Below are positions 1 to 9,043 of a DNA stretch of 64,000 bases, piece by piece. Every line of letters starts with the position of its first letter. The first letter of the stretch is position 1. A model generated the notes under the pieces. The model was not told the DNA's origin. It was given only the letters and a program-made list of their open reading frames with translations, and did not search any database. The translations under genes were made by a program, and so were the position numbers. The DNA lies in sequence record LT960552.1; one strand, written 5' to 3'.

Positions 1-1
1 A

Positions 2-316
2 GTTTATGAATTTGATTCTGAACTTTCTGATAGAATGATATTGATATCTATTTTTGATAATTACAGAACTGGTGGTGGTCTTAGGTTGAGTAAGTTGGGG
101 TATAATATTTGTACTGAATATGATTTGTATGAGTTTACCCCTATTCCTATAAAAAAGGAAGACCGTAATTCTATGGTTTACACTTCTTTAGATCGTATTT
201 GCACTAGCCCCTATTATATAAAAGGGGATGTTTTGTACTTATCTGATGAACTTGTTATGGCACAACTAACTTTTTGTAGAGATAATTTTGTAAAATTATT
301 TTTAGCATTTATGTGA
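2..316 (+). CDS. Hypothetical protein, probably 5'-truncated by the window edge
   Basis: The ORF track gives 35..316, but the same frame is open from position 2 (VYEFDSELSDR-M), so the true start may lie upstream. No recognisable motif. Confidence 0.55.
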   Translation, partial: VYEFDSELSDRMILISIFDNYRTGGGLRLSKLGYNICTEYDLYEFTPIPIKKEDRNSMVYTSLDRICTSPYYIKGDVLYLSDELVMAQLTFCRDNFVKLFLAFM

Positions 317-342
317 AACATTAAAAAAAATTCTGGTATAAT
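314..342 (+). promoter_or_regulatory. Early/middle-type promoter (TGAAAC-N17-TATAAT, extended -10)
   Basis: TGAAAC 314-319, 17-nt spacer, TGG-TATAAT 337-342. Matches six other copies in the window. Confidence 0.7.
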
Positions 343-374
343 ATGTTTATTAAGACAGATTAAGGATTAACTTA

Positions 375-407
375 AAGGCACTGATGTGAATCAGTGCCTT
401 CTCTTTT
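375..407 (+). terminator. Intrinsic terminator-like hairpin
   Basis: 11-bp stem AAGGCACTGAT/ATCAGTGCCTT, loop GTGA, followed by CTCTTTT. Confidence 0.7.
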
Positions 408-462
408 GACAAATGGATTTGTAAATTTTATTACAGTAAACAACAACAAAGGTAGAAGACGT

Positions 463-1794
463 ATGAGCGAAAACATTAAAACTGATAGTCTAAATTATAA
501 CTTAAAACCATCTCAAGTTTTTGAAGCAATGCAAGTTGCAGATATAGTTGGTGATAGTTTAATGATTTGGGGTTCTCCAGGTATTGGTAAATCTGCAATT
601 GCCCGTCAATATGCGAAAGAAATGTATCCATTGTATAAAGACAACGTTGGTCAGTTAGAATTTTTGCTACAACGTGCACAAAATGAAGATGATACGTTAG
701 TTACTATGAATGATTATTTGGATTTTAAAAATTCATTACTAGATCAAGAAACCAATTTTATTGATTTTCGTTTATCACAGATTGAGCCATCGGATCTTCG
801 TGGTATTCCAATTCCAGTAAAAATGTATTATGATTTAGCAGGAAATCAGATTCTAGAATCTGAATTAGATAAACATCCAATTTATCAAACTGATACTTCA
901 GTTGTATGGGCTGCTCCAGATATTCTTAAATTGAATCCTAGCTGGAAAGGTGTAATCTTATTTGATGAAATTAACTCTGCAATGCCAATTGTTCAAGCTG
1001 CTTCATATCAGTTAATTTTAGACCGTTGTGTCGGAGAACTAATACTTCCATCAACTGCATTGATTCTTGCAGCAGGAAACCGTGAAACTGATGGTGGTGT
1101 AACATTTAGTTTAGCAACTCCATTGCGTGACCGAATGACTCACGTAGAAATGATTCCAGACTATATGGATTGGATTGAAAATTATGCAATTCCTAATCGG
1201 CTAAATGCTGGTACTATTGCTTATATTAAAGAAACTGGTTCTAAAAACTTTAATACATTAAGCCCTAAAGATACTAGTCATTCTGGCGGTTCTTCACCAC
1301 GTTCATGGACTCGTGTATCAGAAATCGAAACAGTACGTAAACAATTAGGTACTTCTTCTCAAGTTTACAAAGCATTAATTGCTGGTCGAGTTGGTAATAT
1401 AGCTGCAATTGATTATGTAACTTATATTGAAAATATGGCAGGTCTTCCAGATGTAATGGATATTATGAATGGATTAGTAACTGATTTTAGTGAACATGTT
1501 GAAGAAATATCAAAAAATTATTTCATTGTATTAAATTTAGTATATAAAATTATTGAATTTTTCAGTAAAAAAGTTGAAGGTTCTATTACATTAGAACAAT
1601 GGCGTTCTTATTGTACAAATTTCTTAACGTTTATCGATACTAATTTTGCTTCAACACAAACTGAATTAATTGTTCATGCAGTTCGAACTTTCACTGACGC
1701 AAATGTTAATATTTCATATGCAGAAGTTCCAGTGTTTAAATCGTTTGTTACCAAATATGGTCCATTACTACGTAAGTGCCGAACAATAAAATAA
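463..1794 (+). CDS. MoxR-family AAA+ ATPase
   Basis: Walker A GSPGIGKS, Walker B ILFDEIN, AAGNRETDGG and LATPLRDRM (arginine-finger region), SPRSW motif. ATG at 463 preferred over GTG at 394. Adjacent to a VWA gene. Confidence 0.85.
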   Translation: MSENIKTDSLNYNLKPSQVFEAMQVADIVGDSLMIWGSPGIGKSAIARQYAKEMYPLYKDNVGQLEFLLQRAQNEDDTLVTMNDYLDFKNSLLDQETNFIDFRLSQIEPSDLRGIPIPVKMYYDLAGNQILESELDKHPIYQTDTSVVWAAPDILKLNPSWKGVILFDEINSAMPIVQAASYQLILDRCVGELILPSTALILAAGNRETDGGVTFSLATPLRDRMTHVEMIPDYMDWIENYAIPNRLNAGTIAYIKETGSKNFNTLSPKDTSHSGGSSPRSWTRVSEIETVRKQLGTSSQVYKALIAGRVGNIAAIDYVTYIENMAGLPDVMDIMNGLVTDFSEHVEEISKNYFIVLNLVYKIIEFFSKKVEGSITLEQWRSYCTNFLTFIDTNFASTQTELIVHAVRTFTDANVNISYAEVPVFKSFVTKYGPLLRKCRTIK

Positions 1795-1801
1795 TTATAA
1801 T

Positions 1802-1824
1802 AAGGGACATTTTATATGTCCCTT
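1802..1824. terminator. Intergenic hairpin between the ATPase and VWA genes
   Basis: AAGGGACAT/ATGTCCCTT 9-bp stem; only a short U tail. Confidence 0.45.
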
Positions 1825-1843
1825 TAATTGTATGAGAGGTTAT

Positions 1844-3160
1844 ATGAATACACCATATGTTGTATCAAAAGAATATGCTGATGAATGTCATGATAGAATT
1901 ATAGTTGCTCGAACTTCAATGATAATGGGATGTCCATTTTTTGGAATACTTGCAGCTAGATTAAAATTAGTACCAAATAATACATGGTGCCGTACTTTAG
2001 CGGTTGATGGAAAACATTTATATTATAATGTTGAATTTATCATGGGTATTGAAGATCCATTACGCCGACAAGAATATGAAGATAAACTTAAAACTACAAT
2101 TGATGATTTAACTACCGAACAAATTAAAGATGCATTGGATGGATTGAGTCATCAGAATTTAGTTGCAGCTATATGTCATGAAATTCTTCATTGTGCATAT
2201 AATCATTTTTTACGCCGTGGATCTCGTAATCCAAAAAAATGGAATAAAGCTGCTGATTATGCAATTAATCAAATTATCAATCGCGATAAGAAAATGGGAT
2301 TAATTAAAAAATCATGGCTATATAATTCTGATTATGAAGGTAAAGCTGCGGAAGAAATTTATAATATTTTAGAAGAACTAGGTGATAGTGATGGTGGCGG
2401 TGGTGGCACATTAGACCAACACGATATTCCACAACAGGACTCTAATGATAATGAAGATGAATCTGTTCCAAAATTTACTAAAGATGAATTAGAATCATTT
2501 ATGGATTCTTTTAAAGATGCAATGTTAAGTGCAGCTTTAGCCGATGGTGCACCTAAAGAAATTCGAGATATGATTGAAGAGTTTAAAACTCCAACAATTG
2601 ATTGGCGTTCAAAATTAAACAGAACTATCAGATCTTTGATTAAAAATGACGTATCATATATGATGCCAAGTCGTAGATCATGGAGCACCGGATTTGGGAG
2701 TACTGGATCATATTATGGTTCTCCTATATATCCAGGATTAAAACCAGATTTAGATATTGATATATGCGTAGCATTAGATGCATCTGGTAGTATCAGTCCT
2801 GAAATGTTAAAAGACTTCTTATCTGAAGTTATTGGGATGACTAAACAATTTAGTCAATTCAAAATTAGAATTCTTACTTTTGATACTTCTGTTTATACTG
2901 TACGAGATTATGTAACTGGAGAAGAAAAGAAGATTCTAGAATATCCAGTTGTCGGCGGTGGCGGCACGTTGTTTACTGCGGTATATGATTATATGAAAAA
3001 TGATAATTATTGTCCTAAGCAATTAGTTATGTTTACTGATGGTGAACCGTGGGGTTCTTGGGGAGATAGTAATTATTGTGAAACCTTATTTGTAATTCAT
3101 TCTAATCCAAAAAAAGAAGCCCCTTTCGGCACTACTGTGCATTATAATATTGGTGAATAA
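1844..3160 (+). CDS. Metallopeptidase-like (HExxH) plus C-terminal VWA domain protein (DUF2201-like), MoxR partner
   Basis: CHEILHC zinc motif; MIDAS-like DASGSIS...GGGT...FTDGE; acidic/Gly linker. RBS GAGAGG precedes ATG 1844. Confidence 0.85.
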   Translation: MNTPYVVSKEYADECHDRIIVARTSMIMGCPFFGILAARLKLVPNNTWCRTLAVDGKHLYYNVEFIMGIEDPLRRQEYEDKLKTTIDDLTTEQIKDALDGLSHQNLVAAICHEILHCAYNHFLRRGSRNPKKWNKAADYAINQIINRDKKMGLIKKSWLYNSDYEGKAAEEIYNILEELGDSDGGGGGTLDQHDIPQQDSNDNEDESVPKFTKDELESFMDSFKDAMLSAALADGAPKEIRDMIEEFKTPTIDWRSKLNRTIRSLIKNDVSYMMPSRRSWSTGFGSTGSYYGSPIYPGLKPDLDIDICVALDASGSISPEMLKDFLSEVIGMTKQFSQFKIRILTFDTSVYTVRDYVTGEEKKILEYPVVGGGGTLFTAVYDYMKNDNYCPKQLVMFTDGEPWGSWGDSNYCETLFVIHSNPKKEAPFGTTVHYNIGE

Positions 3161-3173
3161 CAATAATAAATAA

Positions 3174-3204
3174 AAGGTCACCATTATGGTGGCCTTATTC
3201 TTTT
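3174..3204 (+). terminator. Intrinsic terminator
   Basis: AAGGTCACCA/TGGTGGCCTT stem followed by ATTCTTTT. Confidence 0.7.
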
Positions 3205-3232
3205 GGAACAGGCCATAATTTTATGGTATAAT
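3204..3232 (+). promoter_or_regulatory. Early/middle-type promoter (TGGAAC-N17-TATAAT)
   Basis: TGGAAC 3204-3209; TGG-TATAAT 3227-3232. Confidence 0.75.
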
Positions 3233-3266
3233 ATATATAATTAAAAAATACATGGAGTGTATAATT

Positions 3267-3497
3267 ATGAGTAATGAAGTTGAATTTAACAGTGATGTTG
3301 TTGGCCCACAATTAGAATTCATTGATATTATCAATGCTACAAAAATCATGGAAGCCGCGATTGAACGTAAGGCATTTTCAATTAAAGAATTAGGAGAAGT
3401 TGCCCCTATTGTAGCACGTTTCCAAGATTTTTCACAAGCAATTCTTGAAGAACAATCTAATTCTCCTGAGATTAAATCAGAAGGAGTTGCAGAATGA
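3267..3497 (+). CDS. Hypothetical protein
   Basis: GGAG RBS near 3254, ATG 3267; overlaps the next gene by ATGA-type coupling. Confidence 0.7.
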   Translation: MSNEVEFNSDVVGPQLEFIDIINATKIMEAAIERKAFSIKELGEVAPIVARFQDFSQAILEEQSNSPEIKSEGVAE

Positions 3498-4141
3498 GTA
3501 TTATTAGACATTGTGGAGTAGTTCGCAGTACTGGATCTCGTGTGTTTGTTGTTTGGCGTCAACTTGAGAATGATTCACGCCATTGTTTAGTGATTTATCG
3601 TGATTCATTACCAGAAGCTTATGTAACTAAAGTATCTGATTTAGTACTTAATCAAGGACAAAGCTCAATTGAACTTTGGGATGTTATTGATAAAATTGGT
3701 ACACTTGAAGGTGCTAATATGTTAACCGTTTTACATAAAATGGGTTATATTCGTAAGCAAAGTACTTTAGATATTGATATGCATGTTGGTGGTAATAATA
3801 AAATTCCTTTGAATATTTTAAATGATGAAATTAATTCTGCACCAGAAATGGTTGCTGGAACTGTAAAAGATTTCAATCCATTTAAATCTCAAAATGTTCA
3901 ATATCCAGAACAAAATACAGTAGTAACTCATCTATTAGATGATGCAAATAAGTATCAGCAATTAGCTAATGAAAGCTTTGAACGTGCGTATAATTTAGAT
4001 CCAAGTTTACGTCCTCAATCAGTTACTGGTGAAAATAAAGATGATGATTTAATTCATCTAAACATCGATCCTTCAATGTCACAAGCTAAAGCAATTGAGT
4101 TAGTTAAAAAGGCATTAAAGGAACATAAAGATGCAAAATAA
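3494..4141 (+). CDS. Hypothetical protein
   Basis: 215-aa ORF coupled to both neighbours; no motif recognised. Confidence 0.75.
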   Translation: MSIIRHCGVVRSTGSRVFVVWRQLENDSRHCLVIYRDSLPEAYVTKVSDLVLNQGQSSIELWDVIDKIGTLEGANMLTVLHKMGYIRKQSTLDIDMHVGGNNKIPLNILNDEINSAPEMVAGTVKDFNPFKSQNVQYPEQNTVVTHLLDDANKYQQLANESFERAYNLDPSLRPQSVTGENKDDDLIHLNIDPSMSQAKAIELVKKALKEHKDAK

Positions 4142-4439
4142 AATCACTAGGGAACAAATAATCAATTTGATTATTGAGGAACGCTTAAAACAAATGAGCA
4201 ATCCAAATACCTTAGCTGACCATCTTAAAACCAAGAATGATTGGACAGGTTTAGCTGGATATTACTTATTTGAAAGTGCATCTAGACCTGATAAACATGT
4301 TTCTTTTGATGAATTTAGACTATCATTAATTAAAGCAGCAGCAGTAATACTTGCTGCTTTAGAAACAAGTTTTTCATTAGATGACAATGATATTAAAGAA
4401 TTATTATCCAAATTGGAAGATAAAAATGACACTAACTGA
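4131..4439 (+). CDS. Hypothetical protein
   Basis: 102-aa ORF overlapping both neighbours in an operon-like arrangement. Confidence 0.7.
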   Translation: MQNKITREQIINLIIEERLKQMSNPNTLADHLKTKNDWTGLAGYYLFESASRPDKHVSFDEFRLSLIKAAAVILAALETSFSLDDNDIKELLSKLEDKNDTN

Positions 4440-5013
4440 TATATCAACTATGTTGGATCAGTTCGAAAATGTATGTTTTAGTGGCGGTGCAGCAGGAGCT
4501 GACCGCCTTTTTGGTTTGTGGGCAGCATCAAATGGACATGAAGAAGTCCATTTTTCATTTAAAGGTCATAAATCACATGTACCACCTGAAACTGTTTTGG
4601 AATTACCAATAGATCTATTAACTAGTACGGAAATTGTACAAAAATTAAAAACAGCTAATAAAACACTAGAAAGAAGTGTACCTAAATTTGGGTACGTATA
4701 TTATTTGTTAGCTAGAAATAGTATGCAAATTTATAGTTCTGAACGGTTGTATACAATGGGAATACTAGTTTCTCCCTCACAATTGGATGGTGGAACTGCA
4801 TGGGCTGTTCAAATGTATTTAGATCAAGAATCCGAGAATAAAGAAATATATCATTATGATATAGTTGATAAAAAGATATATTCATATGATAATATACTAA
4901 AACAATTCATAGAAGTGCAATCTGTACCTAAACCACATGGTAAGTGGACAGGTATTGGATCTCGTAAAGCGACCGAAGATGATATGATTTCATTTTCTTC
5001 TAAATTTGAGTGA
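4426..5013 (+). CDS. SLOG/DprA-superfamily-like nucleotide-binding protein (putative)
   Basis: N-terminal CFSGGAAGAD glycine loop, later GGTAWAV and WTGIGSR motifs, typical of phage SLOG-like proteins. Start at 4426 inferred. Confidence 0.55.
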   Translation: MTLTDISTMLDQFENVCFSGGAAGADRLFGLWAASNGHEEVHFSFKGHKSHVPPETVLELPIDLLTSTEIVQKLKTANKTLERSVPKFGYVYYLLARNSMQIYSSERLYTMGILVSPSQLDGGTAWAVQMYLDQESENKEIYHYDIVDKKIYSYDNILKQFIEVQSVPKPHGKWTGIGSRKATEDDMISFSSKFE

Positions 5014-5357
5014 AAACTATGACTGAATTTGAATGTGAAGAGTTTAGACGTGAAATTTACAATGATGGTTATCAAGATGGTTTGGAATGGGGCATTGAAC
5101 GTGGAAATATTGATGGATACCAAAAAGGTTCTGAAGACACACGTAACGAATTGGAATCCGAACATGAAAACCAACTTGAAAAAGAATACAAACATGGATT
5201 CAATGATGCAGAATCTACGTATTCAAGAGATATAGAAAATATACAATATAATATGGAACAAACTATACATTCGTTAAATTCTAAAATATTAGATCTGAAA
5301 CGAACTATATACAATCTAAGGAAAGAAAATGCAGCAATTACTAGATCTATACAATAA
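5010..5357 (+). CDS. Hypothetical acidic/coiled-coil protein with GxxxG-like repeats
   Basis: 115 aa; YNDGYQDG...IDGYQKG...YKHGFND; overlaps thyA by 29 nt. Confidence 0.6.
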   Translation: MKTMTEFECEEFRREIYNDGYQDGLEWGIERGNIDGYQKGSEDTRNELESEHENQLEKEYKHGFNDAESTYSRDIENIQYNMEQTIHSLNSKILDLKRTIYNLRKENAAITRSIQ

Positions 5358-6267
5358 AGTTCTTGAATTTGGCGAACTTAGTACTGATAGAACCGGTGTT
5401 GGTACAATAAAATTAATTTGTCAAACAATGAGATTTAATCTACAAGACGGTTTCCCTGCACCAACAACCAAACGATTAGCATGGAATGCAATGCTATCAG
5501 AGTTGATTTGGTTTATTGAAGGTTCACATGACGAACGTAGATTGTGTGAAATTTTATACGAAACTCGTGATGAATCTAAAAAAACTATTTGGACTGCAAA
5601 CTATCTAAATCAAGGGGTTTCATTGGGATATACTGACGGTGAACTTGGTCCAGTTTATGGTAAACAATGGCGGGAATGGATTGATATTCAATGTGAACAA
5701 AATATTTATGGTCATGATCCTTTAACTTATTTAAATTCTGGTTATGAGCAGATAGGTTATGATGATAAAAGTGATTATTACTTTTATAAAAGAACTATTG
5801 ACCAGCTTTCAGTACTTATTGATGGATTAAAGAATGAACCGGATAGTCGTAGACATATTTTAACTTCATGGAACGTAGGTGAATTAGATAAGATGTCATT
5901 AGCCCCATGTCATGCCTTTTCTCAATTTTTTGTAATAGATGGAAAGCTATCTTGTTCACTATATCAACGTAGTGCTGATTTATTTTTGGGAGTCCCATTT
6001 AATATTGCATCGTATTCTTTGTTAACACATATGTTAGCACAAGTTTGTGGATTAGATGTTGGTGAATTTATTTGGATGGGTGGTGATGTTCATATCTATC
6101 AAAACCACATCGACCAAGTAAAAGAGCAATTACAACGTACCCCACGCGAATTACCTACACTATGGATGGATACCAGTATTACTAATATTGAAGATTTTAA
6201 AATGGATTCAGTTAGATTGGAAGGATATAATCCAGATGGTGTAATTAAAGCACCTATGGCAGTATGA
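5329..6267 (+). CDS. thyA: Thymidylate synthase (ThyA/Td type)
   Basis: DRTGVGT, ELIWF, LGPVYGKQWR, catalytic LAPCH, YQRSADLFLGVPFNIASY (dUMP-specifying Asn), GDVHIY. Confidence 0.97.
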   Translation: MQQLLDLYNKVLEFGELSTDRTGVGTIKLICQTMRFNLQDGFPAPTTKRLAWNAMLSELIWFIEGSHDERRLCEILYETRDESKKTIWTANYLNQGVSLGYTDGELGPVYGKQWREWIDIQCEQNIYGHDPLTYLNSGYEQIGYDDKSDYYFYKRTIDQLSVLIDGLKNEPDSRRHILTSWNVGELDKMSLAPCHAFSQFFVIDGKLSCSLYQRSADLFLGVPFNIASYSLLTHMLAQVCGLDVGEFIWMGGDVHIYQNHIDQVKEQLQRTPRELPTLWMDTSITNIEDFKMDSVRLEGYNPDGVIKAPMAV

Positions 6268-6272
6268 TAATG

Positions 6273-6300
6273 AAAAAGGAGCCAATGGCTCCTTTTTTTA
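6273..6300. terminator. Bidirectional intrinsic terminator
   Basis: AAAAGGAGCC-AAT-GGCTCCTTTT between convergent genes. Confidence 0.85.
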
Positions 6301-8298
6301 TTGATATTGCACTATTACTCTACCATTAAATCTCAAATCAGGAGTTGATGGTATAGAAATAACTGCATTAGTTGCCGATATTACAATACTATCAACATCA
6401 ACTGGACTGTAATTTGAACCAGTTAATTCTTGCACTGAAATTTGTTGAATATTTGGATTAGATATAGTATAAGTATAATTTGAACCATTTAATACCCAAT
6501 TTGCAATAGTAAATGTAGTAACTACGCCACCACCTGAACCTACCGTTGTCCATGAACCATTTGTTTTTTGAACTACAGTTGCACGTTCTGTACTATATGC
6601 AATCATACCATCAACACCAACGGCATCATCAATTGGATTAAGTACTGGTAGTTGTATTCCGTATCTATTAAATTTAGTACGTAATGCTGCACCATCATAT
6701 ATTGAAATATCATGGAATGCACCCATATTAAATCGCAATTCAGTAGATGTTTTAGTTATAGTTGCAGTACTTGTTCCTTCAAATGATAATACTGCTGCTG
6801 GAGAAAAAACTGCACCTAATGCAAAACGATTTGTTGCATTACTGAATAATGTAGTCCCTACAAAAGTACTAGCAGCATTGACAGTTAATGTGTCAGTTCC
6901 CGCATCCCCTAAAATAGTATTTCCATTAACAGTTGCATTACCTTTCATTAATGTGTTTAGGTCAATAGTATTATTACCATGTATTACTACATTACCATCA
7001 ACTTCTTCGTTTGCATCAATCTTAACAGACCCATGAAAACTACTTAGTGCATTTGTTAATTCAACTTGTACAATATTATTAGTACTAAAACTGAATGTAT
7101 TGTTTAATGCAGTAATTCCTAAGTTGTTAGTATTTCCAGTTCCAATAAATTGAACAGTGGCTGCGGTTGCAGGACTTGCTGTATTATATTGTATAATTTT
7201 TAGTATCTGTGGTTCAACACGAAGTCTTTCAGTACCATTTGAGGTAAAACCAATTGCTCCAGCAATAGGTCTGAAAATACCAGTTTGTGTATCAGACCAT
7301 TTACTAGGATCATTTCCTGGATTAGTAATTGGGTCAAATGGATTGGAATTAAACGCAATAGAAGGGGCTGTAGCGGTTCCATATACTAACCCTAACCTTC
7401 CTTCACCTATTGTTCCATCGTCATACATGGAGTCACCAGTGCGGCGTAATCCATCCATTATAAGGTTATCAATGATAGTCTGAACTGTTCCGGCTGAACT
7501 TAAAAATGATCTATTAGTACTAGTCATTAATGTTCTATCAAAGGTAACTGCCCCTGCACTTATACTAACTCTATTTTGTCTTAATCGTTGTTGTTTAATG
7601 CCATCTGAAATAATCCAATCGCTATCAGATAACGCCAATTCTAATGATCTATCATTAGTATTTGTAAATGCAGCAGTCAGTACTGAATCTGTAGCTAATG
7701 ATAATAATCCTTCATGTCCAGTACTTGGTATATTATCTATAATTATTCTACCAAATGCTGCAACCACAACAAACTGTGATGGTGTAACTGGATCAATATC
7801 AAAATAATATTTTATTTCAATCCAATTATTAGCAGCACTAGGATTTGTTGGTGTAAAAATAACTGGAGAAGTACTTGGTGTATTTGCTTTATAATGTGCT
7901 TGTGCAGTATCATATAATCCTCTAACAATATAGTATTGTCCAGAATTATCAATAGTTGGTACTGGTAAATTGTCATATTGTCCAGCAACAATTGGTGGAT
8001 CTATATCATCAGTAATTGGAGCATAAGTTCCGATATATTGCATACCGCTAGTCACTGAATCTGGTAATTGAGATGTTAACAATTGACCATTTTCATCAAG
8101 ATTAGCAAATCGACGATAACTAACCGATCCATCATCGAATTCAAGTACACCTTCAAATGCTTTCCATTCTGAGTTGTAGCGGATCATACCTTTGCGTTCA
8201 GCATAGGTTGTTGTTTTAGTTTGTGCTTTTGGTAATTCTAAGAAATAATTACTATCTAGAACTACACCTTCTGCACCTTTAATTCTATATGCACTCAT
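6298..8298 (-). CDS. Virion structural / tail-fibre-like protein
   Basis: 666 aa, T/G/S/N-rich beta-type composition; GMIRYN...FEG and GMIAYS motifs common in phage fibres; late promoter upstream. Confidence 0.65.
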   Translation of the reverse strand: MSAYRIKGAEGVVLDSNYFLELPKAQTKTTTYAERKGMIRYNSEWKAFEGVLEFDDGSVSYRRFANLDENGQLLTSQLPDSVTSGMQYIGTYAPITDDIDPPIVAGQYDNLPVPTIDNSGQYYIVRGLYDTAQAHYKANTPSTSPVIFTPTNPSAANNWIEIKYYFDIDPVTPSQFVVVAAFGRIIIDNIPSTGHEGLLSLATDSVLTAAFTNTNDRSLELALSDSDWIISDGIKQQRLRQNRVSISAGAVTFDRTLMTSTNRSFLSSAGTVQTIIDNLIMDGLRRTGDSMYDDGTIGEGRLGLVYGTATAPSIAFNSNPFDPITNPGNDPSKWSDTQTGIFRPIAGAIGFTSNGTERLRVEPQILKIIQYNTASPATAATVQFIGTGNTNNLGITALNNTFSFSTNNIVQVELTNALSSFHGSVKIDANEEVDGNVVIHGNNTIDLNTLMKGNATVNGNTILGDAGTDTLTVNAASTFVGTTLFSNATNRFALGAVFSPAAVLSFEGTSTATITKTSTELRFNMGAFHDISIYDGAALRTKFNRYGIQLPVLNPIDDAVGVDGMIAYSTERATVVQKTNGSWTTVGSGGGVVTTFTIANWVLNGSNYTYTISNPNIQQISVQELTGSNYSPVDVDSIVISATNAVISIPSTPDLRFNGRVIVQYQ

Positions 8299-8329
8299 TA
8301 AAATGTCCTCAGATAATGGTTATATTAAC

Positions 8330-8337
8330 TATTTATT
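8330..8337 (-). promoter_or_regulatory. T4-type late promoter (AATAAATA)
   Basis: NATAAATA box about 30 nt upstream of a structural gene; gp55 is encoded in the window. Confidence 0.55.
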
Positions 8338-8355
8338 CAGTACTTTCAAAAACAA

Positions 8356-8378
8356 AAGGCCAACAAAAAGTTGGCCTT
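8356..8378. terminator. Intrinsic terminator
   Basis: AAGGCCAAC/GTTGGCCTT stem flanked by A and T runs. Confidence 0.75.
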
Positions 8379-8393
8379 ATTTTTATTAATAAA

Positions 8394-9032
8394 TTATAGT
8401 GGTTCATTATCCCATTTTGCAGCAGCACGAATATCTTCATACGTTACTGCGGATTCAATATTGCTTCTAATTTGACGAGACTTAATATATAAGCCTCTAG
8501 TAAAATCAGCTAATGCAACAATAAATTGTTTAAACGTTGCTAAATCCATTGGTACTAAAGTTCCGTCAATAGCTTCCCATTGTAAATCATTTGGAAAATT
8601 GGCATCATCATTTAATGCATATGATAACATTAATTGAATATTAACTCTGCTAGTTGTTCCTGAATCAAAAGTATTACCATTGAATTCAAAACCAGAATAA
8701 TACAAATTATCACGCTTGGATTCCACACGACTACGAAGGTCATTGCGAATATCAGCCAATGGCATTAATTCATAAATGTAGGTATTAGTTACTTCAACTG
8801 CCACTTCATCAAACTCAACAGTTTTTTCTTTAAAAATCATAAACTCGCCTGTGTTTAAATAAACATCATTTTGAGTCCAGAATCCTTCATCACGGCGAGT
8901 ATCCAAATCTAATTTAGTAATATCACCATATGTATTTCCAGTTTTGTTACCACGAACGTTAATTGGATAGGTGATTGTTTTAATAATCACCCAATCACCA
9001 CTTTCATTTTTTATTACTGATAGATATATCAT
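8394..9032 (-). CDS. Tail-fibre assembly/chaperone-like protein (DUF4376-like C-terminal domain)
   Basis: FEFNGNTFDS...SRVNI...WEAIDGTLVPMD pattern; lies directly downstream of a fibre gene. Confidence 0.7.
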   Translation of the reverse strand: MIYLSVIKNESGDWVIIKTITYPINVRGNKTGNTYGDITKLDLDTRRDEGFWTQNDVYLNTGEFMIFKEKTVEFDEVAVEVTNTYIYELMPLADIRNDLRSRVESKRDNLYYSGFEFNGNTFDSGTTSRVNIQLMLSYALNDDANFPNDLQWEAIDGTLVPMDLATFKQFIVALADFTRGLYIKSRQIRSNIESAVTYEDIRAAAKWDNEPL

Positions 9033-9043
9033 TTTATCTCCTA

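Noticed and set aside
394-462. Upstream starts from the ORF track (also 35281, 38924, 50668, 52434, 56715)
   Set aside because: The extensions overlap terminators, promoters or neighbouring genes; downstream ATGs have RBS support in most cases and were used instead.
5329-6267. dCMP hydroxymethylase (DNA hypermodification)
   Set aside because: The PFNIASY Asn that specifies dUMP is present, so this is an ordinary thymidylate synthase.
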